Source: Octopus bimaculoides (lineage: Eukaryota). Taken from it: 36,737 nucleotides of DNA. The stretch covers positions 54,617,160-54,653,896 of the forward strand of contig NC_068987.1 in NCBI RefSeq assembly GCF_001194135.2, written 5' to 3'. Position 1 is the stretch's first letter, and each line of letters begins with the position of its first letter. The notes under the pieces are model-generated. The model saw only the letters and a program-made list of their open reading frames with translations, had not been told where the DNA came from and did no database searches. The translations under genes were made by a program, and so were the position numbers. Shown one piece after another: positions 22,548 to 34,416 of this stretch.

Positions 22548-23672
22548 GGATGCTACATTTTTGCAATTTTTGCAAGTTTTAATTCCAATCCCCTTCACCC
22601 TTTTAGGTAGCATTCTAAGTGTAGGGCTAACTGTACCAATTACTACTAGAATAATTGTTGTCTTGGTCTTCCACAGCCTCCCCAGCTTTCTGGCTGATTT
22701 CTTTGGTATCAAATCTACTATGATAGGGAGTTGCAAAATCTATGATGTTACACTGTTTCTTCATTCTGTCCTCTGTGATCATATTCGATCATCTTGCTTC
22801 GATAGTGTAGTCAGATTTATAGGGAAATCTCGCAAGATCTTGTAATTCTCATTTTCTATCATGGTATCTGCTTCATGTTCAGACCACTTTTCTGTTGTTT
22901 TGAAGCCCCACACTCAGAGCTAAAATTCCAATGTACACTTTTGCCTATACAATCGTGTCTACACTTATACTCTTTTTGTGCTGGTATACTGCACTCATTC
23001 AAAAGGTGATTGATATTTTTGTCTCCTTTCCTGCAGTTTCTACATTTGCTGTCTAAGTTTTTTCTTTTCAGTATTTGTCTTTATTAGATTTGTTCTAAGG
23101 GCTTGTTCCTGAGCAGCTATAATTAGTGTTTTTGTCATTTTTAGTTCCCATCCATCAATCAAAGCCAGCAATCTTTACTTTCAACATTCTCAATTTGTTG
23201 CATGAATTGACCATGTAATTCTATTTGTTTGTTCTTCCTTTTCTCCTTGAATTCTTCTACTGTTTCGGTCACTTTTCGGGTATCTCTGGCTGCCAATATT
23301 CTTTCTTTACTCTGCACAACATCAATTTCCAGACCTAGTATTGCAGTATTAACACTGTCTTCTGTGTTTAGTAATTCTCTACCATCCTCCTCTCTTGATA
23401 GGTTGAGTCAGTCAATGTTGCTTTTAGGGTGGAGTGCACTATGCATTGAGAGCAGCTTTCTAGTTCTTCCATCCAAGTTCTGCAGTTCGACCTTTGTCCA
23501 TTACTGAGAGGGAACAGAGTATCTCAAAACTAGCAAAGCCCACATATTTATGGCTTTAATGATCTTCTCTCCATGAAACCTTGTTTTGAGCACCTTTATA
23601 ATTCTCCTCTTGTACTCTATAGTGACTTCCTCTCTAATATATCCTTCCATTATCCTCTCATCTTGCAGTACT
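22548..23672 (-). mobile_element. Third R4/Dong-like RLE LINE fragment (RT thumb, zinc knuckle, RLE), decayed
   Basis: EYKRRIIKVLK...IKAINMWALLVLRYS, LHPKSNID*LNLSREEDGRELL, IIAAQEQALRTN...KCRNC...HLLNEC...RHD, ENENYKIL. Confidence 0.85.
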
Positions 23673-24094
23673 CTTATTGTTGTTGTTGTTACTGCTATTA
23701 TCCTACCTTTCTCTCATAAACATTGTCATAATTTAGCCTCTTTTCTCCTCGCTTCTGTCACAATACTTGTATAACAATTTGTGTGTGTGCGTGTGTGCAC
23801 GCATGTGTGTGATCCGAATAAGAAGAAAAAGAAAGCGTTTAGCACATCTTTAATAACCAGTTACAATTGTTTCTGTACTATCCTGTTCTTAACACCACAC
23901 ACACAAAAATCCTGTGTGAAAAGTTGCATAATACTTATAGTTATCAACACTAGACTGGCATTTCATCAGACTTGCATCAAAAGGTGCCCCATTACATTGT
24001 GTGTCTGCTGAATGTTGCCAGGACCTTAATATATATATAAATGTGTGTGTGTGTTTGCGCATGTGTGTGTGAACGTTTATATATATATATATAT

Positions 24095-24310
24095 CTTTTA
24101 ATTGTTTCGGTCGTTTAACTGCAGCCATGCTGGGGCACTACCGTGAAGGGTTTTAGTCGAACAAATTGACCTCAGGACCTATCTATTTTATAAGCCTGGT
24201 ACTTATTTTATTGAGCACTCTTTATCAAACTACTAAGTTACAGGGGACATAAACACACCAATACAAGTTGTGAAGCAGTGGAGAGTGACAAACACACACA
24301 TATACACAAA
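24095..24310 (-). mobile_element. CORE-type SINE 3' half
   Basis: Reverse-complement match to the SINE tail. Confidence 0.8.
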
Positions 24311-24325
24311 CATATATATATATGC

Positions 24326-24383
<58 letters not shown>

Positions 24384-24754
24384 NNNNNNNNNNNNNNNNN
24401 NNNNNNNNNNNNNNNNNNNNNNNNNNNNNNNNNNNNNNNNNNNNNNNNNNNNNNNNNNNNNNNNNNNNNNNNNNNNNNNNNNNNNNNNNNNNNNNNNNNN
24501 NNNNNNNNNNNNNNNNNNNNNNNNNNNNNNNNNNNNNNNNNNNNNNNNNNNNNNNNNNNNNNNNNNNNNNNNNNNNNNNNNNNNNNNNNNNNNNNNNNNN
24601 NNNNNNNNNNNNNNNNNNNNNNNNNNNNNNNNNNNNNNNNNNNNNNNNNNNNNNNNNNNNNNNNNNNNNNNNNNNNNNNNNNNNNNNNNNNNNNNNNNNN
24701 NNNNNNNNNNNNNNNNNNNNNNNNNNNNNNNNNNTATATATATATATATATGAA

Positions 24755-25185
24755 TCAAAACCACTCATAACCACAATAATGCACTGTCTTATTTACTGAT
24801 AAGGAAGGCAAGCTCCCCAAGCACCAGGAATAGCCAGATCACCAGTGATTTCGATTCTAAATTAGCGCTCATCAGTGGCTCTCAACAGCACCTTGAGTTA
24901 AACTCAGTTCACCTTGTCAGCTTATAAAATCACCATAGAAATCATACAGTGATTTCATAAATGGTAAAAATGAAAATTATAAATGATGAGAGTGGCTTGT
25001 TAGCAATTTTTCAACTGAAAGGCAAAAATATATGTCACTAAAGTAACTGAGGGTGCTATACAGCACCAGTATTGCTAGAAATAAGAGTCAAAACAACTCA
25101 TAACCACAATAACTTACCGTCTTATTTACTGTCAAGGGAGGCAAACTCCTTAAGCACCAGGCATAGACACATCACCAGTGATTTC
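24755..25185 (-). mobile_element. Partial-tandem pLTR-like repeat (98-bp direct repeats 24755-24852 and 25088-25185)
   Basis: Two diverged aligned copies. The upstream copy on the minus strand begins exactly at the GAA of the hammerhead core. Confidence 0.65.
24832..24880 (-). ncRNA. Type I hammerhead ribozyme, family D, intact core
   Basis: Minus strand AGCCA-CTGATGA-GCGCTAATTTAGAATC-GAA-ATCAC(TG)GTGAT-C-TGGCT. Stem I is 5 bp, triplet AUC, stem II partly mispaired (G10.1-C11.1 retained). Confidence 0.8.
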
Positions 25186-25425
25186 ACATTTGCATTAACA
25201 CTCACGTGTGGCTTGTATTATATATATAGATATATATGTATATACATACATATATTAGAAATGATATTTAGATATACTGCAAGAAACTGTCTGACCATGA
25301 GAAAATAGTGTCTTTCTTGGAAACGATTGTGGGCCGATGACATAAATTGCATCTGGCTGTAGAAAATCTTTCTCAAATACACTCCATCTGACATTGAAAA
25401 GTGGCTGTTGAAATGATGATGATGA

Positions 25426-25465
<40 letters not shown>

Positions 25466-25799
25466 TCTCTATTCATACACACACACATGTATAGTATTTT
25501 ATATTCCTTTTTTATTTTCGTAATACAAATGCCTTGTAGCACATGAAGTTCTTGATGTAACAATTTCTCATACCATTGGTTCTAGAAACATTATATGTTA
25601 AGCTAGGTTAAAATATCTGATGGCCAGCCTTCATTCTTCTTCTGATAAAATACATTTTTTCCCCATGAGAAGAGTTGAATTTAGCAATGCAATATAATGA
25701 AACAGTCATCAAATTCTGCTGTGCTATCACAATCTATACAATTAATGGCATTCACAATTCTTGGCTACCAACTTAAAATTTTGTAGAGTTTACACTTTT

Positions 25800-26480
25800 G
25801 ATATCACATATGTTGGAACACTCTGCCTTCATTTCAATTAATTTTTTTGAAAATAATGAAAAATTTGTTATTTGTAAAATAACGTTGCCATTATTAAGAT
25901 GATGCTGGGAACATGATTTGAAATGAAACTTTGATGAAAGGTTTTGATTTAGATCACTTCATCCTTTTTGTTACCACATTTATTTTGAAATACACTGCTT
26001 TTGAAAATAGTAAAGAATCTTGTCAAATAACATTGCCATTTTTAATGCTGGTATTTGAACATAAATTAACATGAAATTTTGAAGAAGGTTGTTAAGTTAA
26101 ATCATTTTAACCCCTTTGTTACCATATTTCTGTTGGAACATAGCTTTTGTTTCAATTAATTTTGAAAATAATAATTTTGTAAAATAATCTTGTCATTACC
26201 CAGTTGGCGTTTGGAACATAATTTAACATAAAATTTTGAAGGAAGGTTTTAATTTAGATCACTTTAACCATTTTGTGAGCACATTTCTCTTGGAATACGT
26301 TGCTATTCATTTTGAAATAACCAAGAATTTAGTGAGATAACTTTGTCATTAAGTTAACCTTTGGAACATAAATTAACATGAAATTTTGATAGAAGGTTTC
26401 AATTTAAAACACTTTAAAACCAGAAGTTTGTATCCAAGAACCAAAGTAAGTCTTAAATTGGTTGGTATCAAACAAGTTAA
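25800..26480. mobile_element. Tandem array of ~150-170 bp MITE-like units with TTAA-CCC...GGG-TTAA type ends
   Basis: Repeated GGAACATAAATTAACATGAAATTTTGA..GAAGGTTTTAATTTAGATCACTT. TTAACCCCTTTGTTACC at 26107 and GGTATCAAACAAGTTAA ending at 26480. The piggyBac-like origin is inference. Confidence 0.65.
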
Positions 26481-26719
26481 GAGGGAAAAGTCCTGATTCA
26501 AAGCTAAAACAAGGAAACAAGTGTCGCAATGTAAACTGATAGATGTCTACTGGTTGTTTACAATATTGTTTATTTACTTCACTGCTCCTGCTAACACTCT
26601 TTGACAGAATCAATTGAGTTGTCTGATAAATCTCCTGTGTTATTTAATTAAGAGAAGATTCATGTCCTAGTGGTCACAAGAGAAGACTCATGTCCTTATG
26701 GTCATTGTAAGACTGTCAG

Positions 26720-26910
26720 TCTTCATTCCTGGACCAAGTGGTGCATTGTGCCGTGAGTGAAAAAACACATCATTTCATATCTGTCCAGTCCACTTAGCTG
26801 TAAATGAGTAACCCTGAAGTGGTTTGGCATCTTGTTCAATGGAAATGCCTTGATCTTGGTTCGCTTAAGCACCATAGGAATCAGGTAATTGGCCCTATGA
26901 GTTTTGGGAT
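26720..26910 (+). mobile_element. Fragment of another SINE-like repeat
   Basis: GTCCAGTCCACTTAGCTGTAAATGAGTA motif typical of SINE central domains; family not assigned. Confidence 0.45.
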
Positions 26911-26929
26911 TTGAGACAGTAAGAAAAAG

Positions 26930-27270
26930 GATGAGGGAGAAAGGTGGGAAGGGGAGGAAGAGGGAGAAAGGGGAGGAAGAGGGAGAAAGGGGAGGAGGGG
27001 AGGAATATGAGGAGGAAGAGGAATATGAGGAGGAGGGAGGAATAGGAGGGGGAGGGAGGAATAGGAGGAGGAAGGAGGAATAGGAGGAATAGGAGGAGTG
27101 AGACATGTCAGGAGGGGAAGAAGAGGAGAAAGAGGAGGAAGGGAGGAAGGGAGGAAGAGGATGGAAGGAAGAGGAGGGGAGGAAGCCAAAAAGGGAGGAA
27201 GAAGGAAAGGGGAGGAAGAAGGAGAGTGAAGAAGTGGACAACAACAACAACAGCCACAACAATGATGATG
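26930..27270. repeat. Purine-rich (GGA/GAA) low-complexity tract
   Basis: Directly visible. Confidence 0.92.
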
Positions 27271-27614
27271 ACAACAACTAGTTGTATCTCTTTATGGGCT
27301 TGAATAAGTGCATGTGTGAGTGTAATTGTATTTGAAGCTCCATGTGGCTTTGTTTCAAAATATTTATACACACATATCATACACCACACACGTGTGTGCA
27401 CACAGTAACCTTTTTTTGGATAGGGACCCACCTGACACCATCCCTAGTTCTATGATACAAACTCCCTGTTTAAAGTATTCTCAAAACTTTTTAGATGGGT
27501 AGGTAGGCAGGTAGGTAGGTGATGAGTTGAGAGGTAGGCATGCAGATATGTGAAAGGATAGGTAGACAGGTAAGGAGGTAACAGATTAGAAGGTACCTTG
27601 TTGTCAATATTGGA

Positions 27615-27860
27615 AATCATTATCCTCATCATCATCGTTTTAATGTCCACTTTTCTATGTCTTCAGAGGTCAGACCGAATTAGTTGATGTGAATTTTCTT
27701 ACTTCAGGATGCCTTTCCTGTAGCCAACCCTCACCCATTTCCAAGTAAAGTAATGTTTCCCACGACGAAACATTGTTTCCACAGAAGATTATGAATGAAG
27801 GACATGGCATGCATGACAGTGACTCTCGTTTACAACTATCACATCAAGTCAAGGCGAGGA
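27615..27860 (-). mobile_element. RTE-tail SINE-like repeat, second subfamily (related plus-strand copy at 33870-34110)
   Basis: CATCATCATCG...AATGTCCACTTTTC...GGATGCCTTTCCTGTAGCCAACC...ATGACAGTGACTC. Confidence 0.65.
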
Positions 27861-27879
27861 AACAGTAACACCTCACACA

Positions 27880-27928
<49 letters not shown>

Positions 27929-27989
27929 ACACATACACACACATTCACACACACACATACACACAAACATGCACTCACACACATTATTT

Positions 27990-28150
27990 GGTGGGTTTAT
28001 TTCAGTTTCTATCTACCAAATTCCATTCATAAGGCTTTGGTCAGCCCAGAGCTATATTTGAATACATTTGCCCAAGGTTACACACAGTGGGACTGAACCC
28101 AAGGCCTTGTGGTTGGAAATCAAGCTTCTTACTGCACAACCATTCCTGCA
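27990..28150 (-). mobile_element. CORE-type SINE 5' half
   Basis: TTTCAGTTTCTATCTACCAAAT...GGGACTGAACCC. Confidence 0.8.
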
Positions 28151-28434
28151 CCTATAAAATGAACATCATTATTGCTAACCTTCAATAAATTGAAACCAAA
28201 ACTACTCTTTCTTCCTTTCTTCACAAAAAATACCCACTGGCAAATTACGATTCATTACATGACATGTATTGTACAATTGATTGGTTGTATTGAATTAAAT
28301 GTAAATGAGATTTAGAAGATTCTAAAATAAGGTTAATTAGATCAGGTAATATGAAGACTAATTTTGAAGTTACAAAACAACCACAACAGCAGTAATAACA
28401 ACATAATAATAACTAATTAACAATATTAATTATT

Positions 28435-28895
28435 ACAATAAGGTGGCAAAATGGCAGAATCGTTAGCATGCCAGGCAAAATGCTTAAAGGTCTTTCATCT
28501 ATCTTGATTTTCTGATGTTCGAATTCTGCCGAGGTTGACTTTGCCTTTCATCCTTTCAGAGTTGATAAAATAAGTACCAGCTGAACACTGGGGTCAATGT
28601 AATCATTTTAACCCCTACTCCAAAATTACATGCCTTGTGCCAAAATTTGAAACCGATATTAATTAATACAATAAGGCAGTGAGCTGGTAGAATCATTTGC
28701 ACGCTGGGCAAAATGCTTAGCAACAGTTTGTCCATCTTTGCATTCTGAGTTCAAATCCTGCTGAGGTCAATTTTGCCTTTCATCCTTTTGGGGTCAATAA
28801 AATAAGTACCAGTTAGACACTGACTAAAATTCTTCAAGGCAGTGCCCCAGCATGGCTGCTGTCTAATGACTGAAACAAGTTAAAGATAAAAGATA
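28435..28895 (+). mobile_element. Two tandem Meta-domain-like SINEs; the second ends in a CORE-SINE tail
   Basis: GCCTTTCATCCTTT...GATAAAATAAGTACCAG occurs twice; the second continues into GGCAGTGCCCCAGCATGG...GACTGAAACAAGT. Confidence 0.8.
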
Positions 28896-29072
28896 AAAAA
28901 TTACATCACATCTTTTAATTTTAACTTTATACATTCCAGGTTCAAATCCAGGATGTATTCATTCTGGTATCTCATTCAATTAACATGTTTATTTCAGTAA
29001 CATATAGTCTCCAGATTTGATTCCATTGAATGCCATCCTTGGCAAGAGTCTTCTACCATAGTGTCAGAGTAA

Positions 29073-29652
29073 TTAACTTTTTTCATCTGATACCAAACTT
29101 GGTTCTACAATATAAACTTTTTTATCTTAAAGTGTTTTAAATTAAAACCTTCCTCAAAATTTCATTTTAACTAATGTTCCAAATACCAGCTTAATGGCAA
29201 CAGTTATGTTACTAAATTTTTCATTATTCTCAAAATTAATTGTATTTCAACAGAAATCATCATCATCATCATCGTTGTTTAACGTCCGCTTTCCGTGCTA
29301 GCATGGGTTGGATGATTTGACTGAGGACTGGTGAAACCAGATGGCTACACCAGACTCCAATCTGATTTGGCAGAGTTTTTACAGCTGGATGCCCTTCCTA
29401 ATGCCAACCACTTAGAGAGTGTAGTGGGTGCTTTTACGTGCCGCCGGCATGAAGGCCAGTCAGGCGATACTATGGTTAAAAAGAAAAAGGGTTAAATTTT
29501 TTAAAATTAACACATTAAAATTTCATTTTAATTTATGTTCCAAACACCAGCTTAATCGTAACAAAGTTAATTTACTAAATTTTTCCTTATTTCAAAATTA
29601 ATTGAAACAAAAGTAATGTATTTCAACAGAAATATGGTGGCAACAGGGTTAA
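29073..29652. mobile_element. MITE (inverse of the 26107-26480 unit) interrupted by an RTE-tail SINE fragment (29257-29475)
   Basis: TTAA at 29073 and CAGGGTTAA ending at 29652. Internal AAAATTTCATTTTAA..TGTTCCAAA segment is present on both sides of the SINE. Confidence 0.65.
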
Positions 29653-30514
29653 AGCTGTGAATGTGAAATTTGCTAAGAAAACTTGTTGAATAAGTCTATG
29701 ATCAAAGACATTCTGAGAGTACAGTGTCTAATGTGCTCTTTGGTTTTTTTCTTTAACATTATCAGAAATTATATGATGGAGATTTGGCTGTTATTCCTTG
29801 CAAGTCAAACAGGAAACTTTCTGATTGACCTGTGATGTTGATGCTATTTTAGCCCAGATCAGACGTGAATGAGTAGACCTAAATTCAAAGACATTCAAGC
29901 TATGATCTGCCTATCTTTCATTCAATGCCTCAAATATCAATCTCCTTTTTTTTCTAAGAAAGTGGTGCATAATTTGAAGTGGGTGGGTTTAGCTACTATT
30001 TCTAACAAGTCAAATGGCAATGTACATACTTTCTAGTTAGTTTGTAACATAGATGTTAGATGTAAAAGATCTGTAAAAAACATATATTACAGATATGAAT
30101 ATGTACAGCTGTTTTATGGATATCATAGCTTAACCAAGATACCAGAATATCATCTGGTTATTCTCAAATATGTCATTCTGATATACAAGTCTCTTTCTGA
30201 TGTTGTTTTCCTTTTTGTTTTTGTTTTTTTTTTCATTTATGAAATGATGTTAGATGATACAGTGTTGCTTGTGAACCTAGTGTTTGATGATGTGTTTGAA
30301 ACGTAAATCTGTGCAGTTCGTTTGTTTTATGGATATCGCAGTTTCCCAAGATATCAGAGCACCATTTTGATATTCTCGTATATGTGCATGTATTTGAGTG
30401 TATAAGTGTGTGCGTGTGTGCATGTGTGTAAATATAAATATATATATGTATGTGTGTGTGTGCATGTATATATACACACATATATATGTATATGCATATG
30501 AATATATGTGTGTG

Positions 30515-30558
<44 letters not shown>

Positions 30559-31765
30559 AGTAAAAATAAATACAAAAAAAGGGTTTTGTATGATCGTGTA
30601 TAGAGGAATATATTATTTCATTTAAAAGAGTTCCAACTCTGTTTTTTTATGTTTTTTATTTATATTCTTGTAAAATTTATGTGGGATATAGAATATGGAA
30701 TATATAATATATAATATAAAAAAAGATGGATGGTATAATGAAATGAAGTATTGAATGTCTTATTGAATATATGGAATATGTCTTATTGAATATATGAAAT
30801 ATTGAGTGTTCAATATAAAGGATTAAATATATAAATATATAAAGGCNNNNNNNNNNNNNNNNNNNNNNNNNNNNNNNNNNNNNNNNNNNNNNNNNNNNNN
30901 NNNNNNNNNNNNNNNNNNNNNNNNNNNNNNNNNNNNNNNNNNNNNNNNNNNNNNNNNNNNNNNNNNNNNNNNNNNNNNNNNNNNNNNNNNNNNNNNNNNN
31001 NNNNNNNNNNNNNNNNNNNNNNNNNNNNNNNNNNNNNNNNNNNNNNNNNNNNNNNNNNNNNNNNNNNNNNNNNNNNNNNNNNNNNNNNNNNNNNNNNNNN
31101 NNNNNNNNNNNNNNNNNNNNNNNNNNNNNNNNNNNNNNNNNNNNNNNNNNNNNNNNNNNNNNNNNNNNNNNNNNNNNNNNNNNNNNNNNNNNNNNNNNNN
31201 NNNNNNNNNNNNNNNNNNNNNNNNNNNNNNNNNNNNNNNNNNNNNNNNNNNNNNNNNNNNNNNNNNNNNNNNNNNNNNNNNNNNNNNNNNNNNNNNNNNN
31301 NNNNNNNNNNNNNNNNNNNNNNNNNNNNNNNNNNNNNNNNNNNNNNNNNNNNNNNNNNNNNNNNNNNNNNNNNNNNATATATATATATATAAAACACACA
31401 CACACACATGTATGTATGCATACATGTGCGTGTGTGTGTGTGTGTGTTTGGGAATAGTGAAGAATAGCTCTCCTTTCAGATATTACATATTGAAATACGA
31501 CTAAGGGTCTAATATCCAGATATGAAAAATTCTTAATATGAAAGATTAAAATGGAACATAATCATATTTTCAATACATATGTGCATGTTAGTGAGTGTGT
31601 GTGTGTGTGTGTGTGTGGGTAGGTAGGTGGATGGGTATATGTATACACATACACACATGTATATGTTTATATGCATACATATACACATAGATACAAAGAT
31701 ACATAGATACAGGCTGATAGAAGCACGTATGTATATGTTCGTATTATGATTATTTGCAAATGCAG

Positions 31766-31822
31766 CTAAAAGACACAACATTATTTGTGATCCCAATTTA
31801 GATGCGAAATTACAGAAAGGAG
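31766..31822 (+). CDS. Candidate internal exon (phase 1-1), product unknown
   Basis: TGCAG| 57 bp |GTAATT; open frame (A)KRHNIICDPNLDAKLQKG. In phase with 33565-33636. Confidence 0.3.
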
Positions 31823-32147
31823 GTAATTAAATGATAGCTATCTAATTAATTCTTTCCAACAAAAGACTTGGAAAGATCTGTTTGCTTGTTAAAATCACTG
31901 CAAGCTAAGAAAATCATTACATTTGTGAATATAATACATGGAAATCTAAGGAAGTCATTAACATTATGAAAATGAAAAAGTGGAGTTTAGTACAATAATA
32001 GAACATTGATCTCTATGCATTATAATGTTTTACTTTACTTCTCTTGCTCTTGAGTTCAAATCTTGCCAGGGTTAAATTTGCATTTCATATTCCCGGAGGT
32101 CGGAAAGATAAAACCAAGCAAAAGTTGTGGAATAGTTTTTCTCAACA

Positions 32148-33357
32148 TACAAGGGGATACCCAAAAGTGACCAAAAAAGTTCTCTGTGGAAGAAACCCAT
32201 TGTAGTTCAGGCTTCTGCCACTAGAAGCCACTTGATACAATCTTTAGGCATCAGTCTACTGACTGGTATCATCCAATGAAGTCATACTGCCACGTGGTGC
32301 ATCTTTGTTTTGCAGTACTTCTTCCCTGTTCATCAATTTTTCAATGGCTGAAATGAAGGAGCAGCATGCTCCCATGAAATTCTATTTTCTGCTGGGGCAA
32401 ATGACAGCTGAAACAGTTGTCATGCTTCAAATAGATTACAAGATACTGTCATGAGCAAAACACAAATTTATGAATGGTTCCACACTTTAAGAATGGTCAC
32501 TTGTTGCTTAAAGACCAGCCTTGTTCAGGACGACCATTGACTTCCCAAACTAATGAAAATATCACGAAAATTCATGAACTGATCTTGGAGGACCACACCG
32601 AACAATTAATGAACTTGTTGATATGACTGGGGTGTCCTGAAATTCCTGCCAACGAATTTTGAGCAAGGAATTGCAAATGAAAAGAGTTGCAGCTAAATTT
32701 GTGCCTCGCTTGCTCATGGAAGATCAAAAACAGTCACAACTGAATGCATGTTGTGAACTGAAAAAAGCACCATTTAAGTGCGATCATTTCCAGCTTTGCC
32801 TTACTGGCACTTGTGCTGGTGGCATGTGAACAAAACATTGGACTGACTCCTGTGCAGGTGGCACATAAAAAACACCATTTGAGCATGGCCGTTGCCAGTA
32901 CCGCCAGACTGGCCCTCGTGCTGGTGGCACATAAAAAGCACCCACTACACTCTCAGAGTGGTTGGCATTAGGAAGGACATCCAGCTGTAGAAACTCTGCC
33001 AGATCAGATTGGAGTCTGGTGTAGCCATCTGGTTCGCCAGTCCTCAGTCAAATCGTCCAATCCATGCTAGCATGGAAAGCGGACATTAAATGATGATTAT
33101 GATGATGATGATGATGATCACTGGTGATGAAAGCTGGTGCTATGGAATTTGCAGATATAGAAGAAAAAACGACAGAGGCATTAAAAGGTATCACTTTGCA
33201 AGAGTTCCCGCATTGCTCTGAACAGTCGAAAATGCGTCTGGACTGATGCATTGCTTCAAATGGAGAATACTTTGAAGGCAATAAAAGTGTAAACATGTAA
33301 AACTATGTGAATAATATTATATGGCAAAATTCTGGTTTCTTTTGGGTATCTCCTTGT
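32148..33357 (+). mobile_element. Internally deleted non-autonomous mariner with both TIRs
   Basis: TA|CAAGGGGATACCCAAAAG...CTTTTGGGTATCTCCTTG. N-terminus MAEMKEQHAPMKFYF... from 32344, KRVAAKFVPRLL, ITGDESWCYG at 33117, then a jump to the C-terminus (...GEYFEG). Confidence 0.9.
32761..33116 (+). mobile_element. RTE-tail SINE-like repeat nested in the mariner
   Basis: Reverse complement of the 3870-4200 family, ending in (GAT)n. Confidence 0.85.
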
Positions 33358-33564
33358 CCCTCACACTTTGAGCACAGACATGGCTGTGTGGTTAAGAAGT
33401 TTGCTTCCCAGCCACGCCAACAAAAGACTTATGAACAGATATGGTAGATGGAAATTCTAAGAAACCTATTGTGTGTGTGTGTGAATGTGCATTTATGTGT
33501 GATTGTGTACATGAGAGCATGTGTATGCTTGTGTTTCTTTCCATTAATCATGCCTTCCAAACAG

Positions 33565-33636
33565 ATCTTGCTGATGCCACGAACCATTCACTTAGCATGG
33601 TCAAACAGTCTGGACGCTTTATTTTTGATGACAGAG
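33565..33636 (+). CDS. Candidate internal exon (phase 1-1), product unknown
   Basis: CTTTCCATTAATCATGCCTTCCAAACAG| 72 bp |GTGATT; open frame (D)LADATNHSLSMVKQSGRFIFDDR. Confidence 0.35.
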
Positions 33637-34109
33637 GTGATTAGTGGCAATTTGGTTATCTGTCTTAGATGTTCAATTCTCACTTTGTCTGAGCGTTCAG
33701 TGTTAGTAATGAATCATATTACATGGTTCTGAAAGGCTTCCAGCTTTTGTAATGCAACCTAAGAGATGGAGAGACTAATATCACAGCATGGAGAGGTCTT
33801 GACATGATTTCCTTGAGTGATCAAATACTATGGAGACAATTATTCCAAGCTGGTGTGTGAGAATAAGTGAGTGAGTGACTCCTTGTCTTGGCATTGCATG
33901 ATAGCTGTAAATGAGTGTCACTGTCATACAAGCAGTGCTTTTCATTTCCAATATTCAACAAAAACATGTCTGGCCACGGGGAAATATAATGCCTCATTTG
34001 GAAACAGGTGAGAGCTGGTGACAGGGAGGACATCCAGCTGTAGAAAATCTGCCTTTACAAACTCCATCCACCCATGCAAGCATTGAAAAGTAGACATTAA
34101 AAGGATGGT

Positions 34110-34416
34110 GACGATGATGACAACGAAGACAACGACAATGATGATGATGATGTTGATGACACCGATGATGATGATGAAGACGCCAACGTTGATGATAATA
34201 ATGATGATGATGGTGGTGGTGAAGATGTTGACAATGACGATGATGACTGATGATGATGATGATGATAATGGCGATGACTATGATGACAATGACAATGACG
34301 AAGACGACGACGATGATGGTGATGATGATGATGATGATGATGACGACGATGATGACAACAACAACGATGATGTTGATGACGATGACGACAATGATGATAA
34401 TGATGATGATGATGAC
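34110..34416. repeat. Compound (GAT)/(GAC)/(AAC) microsatellite, tail of an RTE-type repeat
   Basis: Directly visible; follows AAAAGTAGACATTAAAA. Confidence 0.93.

Noticed and set aside
26424-26445. 22-bp micro-exon with a strong GTAAGT donor
   Set aside because: It lies within the MITE terminal region and has no polypyrimidine acceptor.
30275-30312. TTGATGA...GAAACGTA hammerhead-like string between ~65-bp direct repeats (30110-30172 / 30322-30385)
   Set aside because: Core C3 is mutated, and neither stem II nor stem I pairs. Not supportable without homologues.
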